DNA of 62,784 nt, counting the filler, from Nemertoderma westbladi (lineage: Eukaryota; Animalia; Xenacoelomorpha): assembly GCA_032718475.1 (NCBI GenBank). It is 4 parts of 4 records of this genome, joined end to end, with 100 filler letters (N's around TTAATTAATTAA, not from the genome) between each part and the next. Parts side by side here need not be neighbours in the genome. Positions count along the whole stretch, not along the records: positions 47,171 to 62,784 come from JAUCBJ010001831.1; 3 more parts are not named here. One strand, written 5' to 3'. Within the stretch, counting starts at the first letter, position 1; each line of letters starts with the position of its first letter. The translations under genes were made by a program, and so were the position numbers. A model generated the notes under the pieces. It was not told the origin of the DNA and made no database searches. It was given only the letters and a program-made list of their open reading frames with translations. Shown here piece by piece: positions 47,173 through 57,000 of this stretch.

Positions 47173-47841
47173 CTTGGGGGCGACGAAGTCAGTTGGAGTT
47201 GTTGGACGAGCAACCCAAATATTACGAAATTCATGAAGCAAAAGGGTTTCCCTGGAAACTACGCGAAACTAGAAGAATATTACGAGAATCGTTTGCTCAG
47301 CATTGTATCCAAGGTGACCCCGGCTAGAAAGTATATAATATGGCAGGATGTTATAGATAACAACTGCACGGTACAAGCGGACGCGGTGGTTCAGGCTTGG
47401 ATAGGGGGTGGCCCTGGTTTCCAGAAAGAGGTAGCTAAGATCACAGCCCTGGGATACCAGACCCTGGTCTCGGGGTTTTGGTACTTGGACTACATCAGTT
47501 ACGGCCAGGATTGGATGAGGTATTACACTCAGGATCCGCATAATTTCAACGGCACCGCCGCCCAGAAGAATCTTGTGATTGGCGGGGAGGCGTGTCTGTG
47601 GGGTGAGTTGGTGGACGCCACGAATCTCACGCCGCGTCTGTGGCCCAGGGCCTCCGCCGTTGCCGAGCGACTGTGGAGCAACCAATCAGTGAATGACACC
47701 GCCGCCGCAGCTTCCCGATTGGTTGCCCACCGTTGCCGCATGCTGCGAAGGGGCGTGGCCGCCGAGCCGGTATATATCGGCGCTTGTCCTTACGAGTATC
47801 AACCAAGAGATGGGACTGCGTGGGCGGACAATAGTAACTGA
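47173..47841 (+). CDS. HEXB: GH20 beta-hexosaminidase, 3' part (beta-subunit-like); 5' part lost in the gap
   Basis: The frame upstream of the ORF reads LGGDEVSWSCWTSNP (catalytic GGDE); then WYLDYISYGQDW, VIGGEACLWGE.VD.TN..PRLWPRASAVAERLWS and HRCRMLRRG. It has YLD rather than the alpha-type YLNR. Strict HEXA/HEXB orthology is not resolvable by eye. Confidence 0.9.
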   Translation, partial: LGGDEVSWSCWTSNPNITKFMKQKGFPGNYAKLEEYYENRLLSIVSKVTPARKYIIWQDVIDNNCTVQADAVVQAWIGGGPGFQKEVAKITALGYQTLVSGFWYLDYISYGQDWMRYYTQDPHNFNGTAAQKNLVIGGEACLWGELVDATNLTPRLWPRASAVAERLWSNQSVNDTAAAASRLVAHRCRMLRRGVAAEPVYIGACPYEYQPRDGTAWADNSN

Positions 47842-48186
47842 AACAAACGTAAAAATAATAAACCCAATGTATGAAGGTATTGATACTGTATGCACTTTCT
47901 TAACAATATTAATTTATTATGTCAACTTTATCAGCCGCTCTGGTGATATGATAGCCTCCTGTCGCAAAGTTAACTAACACTTTGTGCAGCGTTGCAACCT
48001 ATAAAGTTAAATATCTATAAGCAAAGTAGTCGATCACTTAGAAACAATTGACTTCTGGAACACGTCTTGCATAATTCTACATTGTGCTAGCGTGGGTGAT
48101 TGCCATTGTAGCCAATGCAAAGTGTAAGATCGTTTGCATGGATTTATGCGATTTTTATCAAAGTTCCAAAATATTAAATTGATTAA

Positions 48187-48410
48187 AGGCCATGATACAC
48201 CACAGGAGCGGCGAGCGGCAGCGGCGGGCGGCCGCGGCGAGCGGCCGATGTGAGCGGCGACTTTTAGTATGATACACTATAGGAGCGGCGAGCGGCAGCA
48301 GCCATTTGTGGTGTATCATCACCCATAGAAAATAATGTGTTCTATTTTTAAAAAGTGGCCGCTTGCCGCGGCCGCTCGCCGCTCGCCGCTCCTGTGGTGT
48401 ATCATGGCCT
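48187..48410. mobile_element. PIF/Harbinger-like MITE
   Basis: TIR aggccatgatacaccacaggagcggcgagcggc and its reverse complement; TAA/TTA flanks. Confidence 0.88.
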
Positions 48411-49003
48411 TTATATAGCGTTCGAACCTCGATCTAACCCAATGTAATATAGTTAAGTCGTTAAAAATACACTTGTTTATTTATGTAAACATCCTTCACT
48501 ACACTCGATCGGTACATAAATACACTCGGTTCATACAATCATTAAAATAGTTATAATTTATAATAGATAAACCACGATCGGAGTTAATTATGAAAATTCG
48601 CATTGTGTTACTGTATGAAACCAATTATAAATTATTTGAATGAATGTGTAATGACATTTATACGGGTATTATTCTTATCTTGATATTATTTAGTACTGTA
48701 GGCCTATCTCTTGGAATAAACAACTGATTATCATAAATGCATTATTTATTTCCCTGAACTATTTTTCATACTCTTAAACTTACACAAGCAAGCACACACC
48801 CATTCCAGGACCGAAACTTCCCAAGGATATTCTAAACTGCCCCCCCCCCCCCCCCCCCCCCCCCCTACTACCTACCAGCTAACTGTACATCTATCAACGT
48901 TTGACGAAAATTGCTAACTTTCTTAGGAAATTCGCATTATTAGGGCAGTTGGGTCACGAAAACGAATATTACTAGTTTTAACGAACCTGCCAATCAAACA
49001 TAT

Positions 49004-50071
49004 GGGCATTTCCACAGAAAATGGGACACGATATAAAACGATATTTAAAAAATAAGCAATATGTCATGATTTTATCAATATAGGCTATCCTTGGTATTAT
49101 TGTAATCAACCGTAAATACACATTCCAATGAGGTAGTTCTACGCCATAAACATAGAATGCTTCTCGTACAATAAGCATTGAAAGCTACATGTACCCAATT
49201 GTAACGTCCGACACTTTTTTTACATTTTTTTTTTCAATTACTTCTCTATTGTTTGGAAACCATATCGAAATTAAAATGACTCAATGCCGACGTAAGATGG
49301 CGTCTCTTGTGCCATTTACAGCAATCCAGGCTACCATAAAGGCTGTGATTTCAGTGAATGATGTTTGTAACGTCCGACATATTGTAACGTCCTACACTAT
49401 TAATATTAAATGTATTTAAAGTCTAAATTGCAGTGTATAGTGTAAAATGCATAAATAAATGAAAATAGGTTTCAATAATTGCGATTTTCGACTCAAAATT
49501 CATCCCTTAGTATTTTGATGATATATTTGGCAATTGTTGGTGAAATTTAAAATGGTTTTCACTTTCAGATTCGGAATCTGCAGATGAAGTCGGATCTAAT
49601 GATATCTAGAGTACATTCCAGAGATGAAAAATAAAGCCGACAGTGATGGCTAAATATTGCTCATTTTTATGTAACGTCCAACACGTAACGTCCGACACCA
49701 TTCCGCACAACATTGAAATGCAAATGTCGGCTTCAAAAGATCTGCAGTGCAATTTAGAAAACCTTTTCGAAAAATCTACATTTTGAGCCCAAAAACAATA
49801 ACATATCAGTCTTCGGCATTAATTGCAATCAAAAGTAAAATATGTACAATAAAAAGTGTCCTATTTTTGTAACGTCCGACACCTTTTTAAAAGTCAACTG
49901 TTTAAGAAGAATAACGTTTCTCAATGCAGGGTATTTGCGATATTCTGAAAGATTTATAAATTGTCTCATTTATTCAACGCAATCTGATGTCAAAAATTCA
50001 AGTATTTTCGTAAATTTAAAGAAAAAAATTCAAAAACCGAGAATGTAACTTCCGACACCGTGGAATTGCCC
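49004..50071. mobile_element. Non-autonomous TIR element, ISL2EU-like
   Basis: at|gggcatttccac ... gtggaattgccc|at; the internal motif gtaacgtccgacac recurs about 7 times. Confidence 0.75.
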
Positions 50072-50199
50072 ATATGTAACGGTGTGTATTAACCAGCTTA
50101 TAAACTTAATTTGGCCCCGCCATGGCGTGGTGGTTTAATCCGCTGCCCGGATTTGGCCCTTGGCCAGGGCTCACTCTAGCTCGCAGGACATTGCTTTCA

Positions 50200-50525
50200 C
50201 CGTGAAGACCAACCAGTGCATAATTTTGTACTTTAGCGGCGTGATTGGAGTGATTAAGCATGGTGGACAGCCCATGACTTTCATGAGACACCACTTTAAA
50301 GGACATTGGCCTTGAAGATGCGGAGACTCTCGCGAAAGTCACGGGGATAGGGAGTTGTGGCGGCGCAACTTTGTCGATAAGCCGGCATAGAATTCTTCAA
50401 GAACGCTGCTTTAGAGCATGCCAATTTTGGATTGCATGGTGGTGACAAAATATATTTTTTAAGCCGGCATAGCATCTCAATGTGCAGTTTCAATGCAGCA
50501 GGCCCATTATATAGTAGTAGTAGTA
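50200..50525 (+). mobile_element. RTE LINE 3' end (family C) with (TAG)n tail
   Basis: Homologous to 21846-22090 (ggggatagggagttgtggcggcgcaa..gtcga.aagccggca); ends in tagtagtagtag. Confidence 0.82.
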
Positions 50526-52031
50526 TTTCAGCTTTGTATACTTTTTATGGTCATTAAGAGTTCCTTTACTCCTATTATCTAGTTTATATTCTTCGTTTCT
50601 ATCTTTAGTTCCTATTATTTATTTATTTATTAGAAACTCAATGTAAAATAGTTTGTTATTATGACCCAGAAATAGTAATCCGAATAATGAGCCAGTATTA
50701 TTATTATTTGATACACTCGCACTAAACTACAATCAGCAGTTGCATCTAGTCGCTAGGAAACTACTTTATTCCCTTAACTCCTGTAAAACGTTATTATTAT
50801 TTTCCTTATAATAAACTATGAATTTATTTAATCTTGAAATTAACTCAGGACGAGATTTATTGTGTTCTAGAACTCTGTATTTAATTTATTATTTATTATT
50901 TTCTTCAGATTGGTCGAATTTTAATAGTGTTGCTGGAACTCTAAACAGATTAATTTGTCGAGTCCTAAAACTATTATTTAGATCATATAGTTTTATGTAG
51001 TTATTATTATTGTGTACTGTGTGTAGTTTATGTTGTTTTTGTGTTGTTGTACTTGTTAAGCAGCCTATACTGAAGAAGTGCGTGTAGAATTAGCTTTTGG
51101 AAATATTGATAGGGGGACTTCATCAAAAATAACCGGAGAAGCCAGGAAGCTGAAAACCGTTCTTAGCTTTTTATTGAATTAGCTAGAACGTGCAAGTGAA
51201 AGTGAAAGTTTTTTGTCCATAATTTGGTAGCTAAAACCAATATTACGATATTACGTTACGGTTTACGGAAAAAATATACAGTAAAATTACGTTACGGTAT
51301 TGAAAAAGCTATTACGTTACCAACGGTTTACGTTACGGAAAAATATTGAGCTACGGTATTCCTGAAAAGATACCGTAACGTAACGTAATAACATCCTTGC
51401 GAAAAAGGTTAAGGGCGAGAGAAACTGCCCCGGAATCAAGTCATTTTCGGGAGTTATGTTATACAATACATATAAGTGATTGTGTCCCTGAATGACTATA
51501 CTGGACAACCTGCATTACCTTCCCGCCCGCGAAATGTGATATTTAAACAAATTATAAACTTGAAATAATATAATGAATATAAATCACAATAAAAAGCGAA
51601 AATTAACCAAAATACCGACGTACAGGTTTGTTTCGTAAATAGCAGTTTATGAGGAGAGAATATTGCATAACTATTGCATAGATTGTGAGACAATTTGAAT
51701 GAAAACAAATACAATTATGAAACTTAATTACTAAAAATAGTGAATTATTAATTACTTTACAGCCATATGAAACGCTATAAACAATAAAAAAAAATTCCTA
51801 AGTCCGTACTTACTAAAATAAGGGGCCGTTCATAAATGACGTCATCAGTATACTTATTATCAGTTTAGATATGGTGTTGCATACCCGGTTATTGTGACGT
51901 TATATTATTACACTTAGGGTAAAATATACGTCGTATGTAAAAACTATCATGACCCGGTGATGACATTCGACTTTTGTGCACTACTAAAAAAATAATTTCA
52001 ATAAAAAAAATCATTAATTTAATATAATAAT

Positions 52032-53602
52032 TAGGGATGTTGCGAATGTCATATTTTTGACATCCGCACGGATACGGACGTCTATTAAAACATGTAAATT
52101 TTTGCCTCTCTTTTTAATATTCTAATCTTATATTAATATTCATTCCCAATAATTTAACTACCAGTTCTTATTCTTAATACACCAGGACCTAATGCATTTA
52201 CTTCTGGCCAATTTATTACCTAGTAAGAAATATTTTGATTATTTTATATTTTGATAATTTAAGATAAAAACAAAAAAGTTTAAGATAAAAAAGTATTTTT
52301 TTATTTATGAAATTTTTTTAATTGAGTGGTTATTGTTGGATATGCGAAGACAGGGTGCTTAGATAGGGCATGTAACATCCGCCTACCTGGGGCCGGTTGC
52401 ATAAAACTCCATTAAACTTAAGTCAAACTTAGAACAATTGTGCGCCTTAAATAGATAAGTCAAACTTACATAAGTTAGCCTCTAAGTCAGTTGCATAAAC
52501 ACTTATTTCAAAAAACTTATGTAAGTTTAATCAAGTTACCCTGGGTGATTGGTTGGTTTTCTTCAGCTGTTAAACCAATCGCATAGCGTATAGGCATTGT
52601 GCATTATCAACCAACTCACTATTCTGCAGTATGCTATAGCAATCTTTACTGTGTATAGAAAATGAAAGAATTGGAACGATAGTGGAGGTACTGTAGGTAC
52701 CGGTAGGTAGGTAGGGGCACAGTTGGTCAATAGCTGTTGGGGTGGAGATTTAAAAAGAGAGTGAGGAACTGTCCCCCTTTCTTTGATTTATTAGCGGTTT
52801 GGTTAAATTTCTTAAATGCCGATTTTATGATACAGTAGAATTGAACAATTTTAATTTGTAACCTATGACTGTACCTGGTGCTGCGCGAAGGCCCCATGAA
52901 CGTGTCCTTACATGCGCATATGTTATGTGAACGCACCTTTACTGTTATCTTAATGTTATATCTCGATAATTAAATAAAGTATACAAAAAATCTTATAGAT
53001 ATGGATTTTGTGATAAATTCTGATTCAAAATTTTGAATCAGAATTTATTTAGTTTTAAATATCCAAAATGTCGCGGAAGGTGCAATTGGCGACAACGCGC
53101 GTCAATCTCGGAGGATGAATACTCAACTACGTATGGGCACAAAATGTAACCAAACCATTGGTGGAACTACTGTACAACCCTAATTGCTCGATTTACTAAT
53201 ATACTGTATGCAGATATATGCTTTATAACGACAGTAGGATGCCTCTAACTAAAGTGCGACAGATACTGTATAAAAACCACAATAATAAGCTTAGTGTTGC
53301 TATCCAAACAATATAAACCCTAGGCTGTTCTCATATTTTAATTGAAACTTATCGCACTTAAGGTACCCACCCCCTACCTACCTCATATTTTATGACTTAA
53401 GTTATATATTTAAGTCGCACTTAGAATAGTATATTTTTTTGCAACTGACTTAGTTAACGGAATGGACTTATCTTAAAGTTAAGTCGAACTTAGAGATAAG
53501 TCGGTTTTATGCAACCGGCCCCAGGGGTGTGGATGCTGATGCCAATGTCAAAAATAATGCGGATATCCGCGGATGCGGATGCGGACATTCGCCACATCCC
53601 TA
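52032..53602. mobile_element. hAT-like MITE with 8-bp TSD (middle layer)
   Basis: TIR tagggatgttgcgaatgtc / gacattcgccacatcccta; TSD ataataat at 52024-52031 and 53603-53610. Confidence 0.88.
52390..53521. mobile_element. Harbinger-like TIR element (inner layer)
   Basis: Perfect TIR gggccggttgcataaaac / gttttatgcaaccggccc with CTG/CAG flanks; subterminal taagt repeats. Confidence 0.88.
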
Positions 53603-54097
53603 ATAATAATATAATAAATTTCATTATAAATATATTTTCGTGACATGATGTTTCTGGGGACTCTATATATTTTTTTAACAAACTGTAGGTGTGTAAAATT
53701 TTTCCTGAAAAAACGTGACGTTATCCATGAACTGGCCCAAAGCCTTAACTACTAAAAATAATACATTTTAATCATTTGCTAAAACAGTACACTATGTATC
53801 TTAAAGATATACACTAATTATTTATGTTGATGATATAATCTAATGTTTTGTAATAAAGGGAATAAATATGAAAATAACAACTATAAAATATACTATATTA
53901 ACATCTCGTATTATTATATTTCTTGCCGTCCTTATTACACTTGTGTTGTACATTTCGAACATATTAACGAACTAATCAGTACAATGTATCAATGTGGCCT
54001 AGCCACAGTAGTCGTGTACATATATTTGGACCAGGAGTTACGCAGGATAATATGACAAAAGAGAAACAAGTAAAAAAAAACTAACTACTCTCCCTCC

Positions 54098-57000
54098 CTA
54101 CAAGGTATCGCAATCAGAATCACCCTCCTCTTCTCTCACTATCTCCTCCAGTTTTTTCATACAATCGACAGTATAAGTAGGCGACCATGGCTCAATCCCG
54201 GCGATGGCCGATTGAACGCGGTCGTTTATCAAACACTGAACGCCGGTGAAACAACCCTTGGAGATGGTGAAGAACACGCTACCGTACTCAGACCTCAGAG
54301 TGAGTTTGTGGGGCGGACCCAGGGTCACCTGGGTAATGAACTCGCCCTCCGGGAAGAAGACGCACCGCTCGAACCATCCAACCGCTGTGCGAGACAACGT
54401 TTCTAACCGTTCTATTAAACCAACAACGTCAGACGAACCTCGGTACTCTGTCGAAACTTCTGGTATCTTATCTTCAAATAAGTCCATCGCCAAAACAACT
54501 GTGTCTAAATAAGAACCGGATCTGTACTGCGATGAGTTTGGAACTGTTTCAGAGGAAATTGACAGAATTGGGTTCTGATACATCGAATGACGAATATCTG
54601 CAGGATTCCCGTTACAGCAAAGAGGCCGCTCGAAGTAAATGTAGACGATCAAACGGCTCTGGAAGAACTCTAAGGCCATGCGTTCTGGAACCGGGAGGCC
54701 TTGGTAATCCCAAGGTCTACCTTCCTTGCATTCTAATATCTTTAGTTTCATCCAGTAACTCGTCTCGACAAGGCGGTTCTTCGCTTCCCGTATGGCCTCC
54801 CGCTGCTGGGCAACCCGATCCCGTCGCTCCCTCTCACCCGGGCGGAACTCTCCTCGCGCAATCCGCGCGTCTCTTTCCCATAGTAACGCGGACACCTCGC
54901 GACCAGCGATCGCCTCCGCCGCCGACGCAGTAGCGTCGAATCGCATCTGTAACGCGTCGCACTCTAGGTGGTGTCCGCGAATATATTCCGCGAACACCGT
55001 CGGTAACTCATCGGTACCCGTCGGTAACCCACCGGGACCCGTCAGAAACCCATCAGGACCCGTTGGTAACACGTCATGACCCGTCGGTAAACCACTAGGA
55101 CCCATCGGTAACTCACCAGGACACGTCGGTAACCCCTCGGGACCTGTCGGTAGCTCATGAGGAGCCATCGGTAACTCATGAGGACCCATAGGTAACTCAT
55201 CGGGACCCATCGGTAATTCACCAGGACCCGTCGGTAACCCCTCGGGACCCTTCGGTAACGCCATTGATTCCTCATCCAGTACGGGGATTGGGGGAAGGTT
55301 AGAACTGGAGCGATTTAATTCCGCGAGAGTTATCGGGGCCACTGGTTGACGGACTTCCAGGTTCACCTTGTACACCGCTTTCATTAAGACTTGAGGCACC
55401 TCATCAATGTCATCCGGGTTGTGACCGTCGGCGGTGGAGTCCGATAGAGAACTAATGGCCGATGCCCAACAACTGGGAAAATCTTCGTTGTCAATGGCGA
55501 CGATACCCGACATATCAGAATCGAAGGAGGGTTCCATGTTGGAGGGCATAGCGTTACGGAATTGGAGTTTCCTTATAGGGAGATTTGTCTCGTCTGTAGC
55601 GCCGTCCGGTTTCTGCCATCGATTTGCGGCCTTCTCGGAATTCGCAAGGATTCTTTTAAGCGACTGGGCATTTATTGGGGAACCGATTGGTGGTCTACGG
55701 TATCTGGCGATTTTACTGGTACTGAAGGTCCTTTTAATCCGTCTAGTGTTTACAGTCGCTGGGTTTAGACCTTTAGTAGATGTTACAGCTGATTTGCCGT
55801 CCGATCCTATCCGTCCATCAACTATTGCGCTAATGATGATCTTCCTTACAGAACATCCTTGTAGATCAGTACTGACCATTGGCTGATGTCCAGTGGTCTG
55901 TGAATTAGTACTGACTATAGGGTGATCTTCAGTGATCTGTGGATTAGTACTGACCATTGGCTGATCTTCAGTGATTTGTTCATCAGTACTGACCATGGGC
56001 TGACCTTCTATCATATGTAGATCAGTGCTGACCATTGGCTGATCTCCAGTGGTCTGTGGATTAGTACTGACTATAGGGTGATCTTCAGTGATCTGTGGAT
56101 TAGTACTGACCATTGGCTGATCTTCAGTGATTTGTTGATCAGTACTGACCGTGGACTGGCCGTCTGCCATATGTAGATCAGTGCTGAACGTGGGCTGATA
56201 TTCATCCGTCTGTAGATCTGTACTGACAATTGGGTGATCTTTAGAAATATGTTGATCAGAACTGACTACTGGTTGATCTTCAGTCAAATGTAGATCTGTA
56301 CTGACCATCGGTTGATCTGCGGTTATATGTAGATCAGTACTGACTATTGGCTGATCATCACTCACTCCTTCCTCTCTATTTTGATGATCATCTACCATGG
56401 CTGCTTGCAGCACCTTTTCCGAGCTTGCAACTTGTTTAGGGAGTGAACAACCTCCAGAAACCGGTTTCAACGCATCAGTATCCACAGACTGACTTTCGTC
56501 AACTGTCTGATTATTATTTTCAATAAGTTCTCCATCGGCATCAATGTCAACGTATTTAATCATAGTTGACAATGATTTCATAGAAGATTTCGCTTTCGCT
56601 CTGAAGTTATATGATGAATTCTTCTTACCACTACGAAGTAAAGGTGAAGAAGAATTGTTGGAAAATAATAGTTTGTGGCGCTGATTCAACTTGGAGGTTG
56701 CACTAGAAACCAGCACCCGTTGGGCGGGAGTAGATGTATCAACAACAATGGCAACTCTGGAAGGAGGAGGTGTTTTGGGAGGTGCCGAAAGCCGAGAGGT
56801 ATCTGGTGGTGAGAGGGGCGGAAAAATAGGTGGAATGGGTAAACCTCCCATAGATGTAGATGTGGAACAACTAACAACAGTTGGTGCGGTACCACTACCT
56901 GTAACTGAAGTGGAACAACCAGTTGCTGCTGGTGAAGTGATAACACTAGCTGTTGGTGATGTGGAACCACTATCTGTACCAGATGTGGTACCACTGGCTG

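Larger units (their letters stand above)
51822..53738. mobile_element. Outer Harbinger-like MITE hosting nested insertions
   Basis: ggggccgttcataaatgacgtca ... tgacgttatccatgaactggccc, a degenerate TIR of the same style as 17575-17905. Confidence 0.65.

Noticed and set aside
44492-47841. PIGN and hexosaminidase as a divergent glycolipid gene pair
   Set aside because: They are separated by an assembly gap of unknown size, so adjacency and orientation are unproven.
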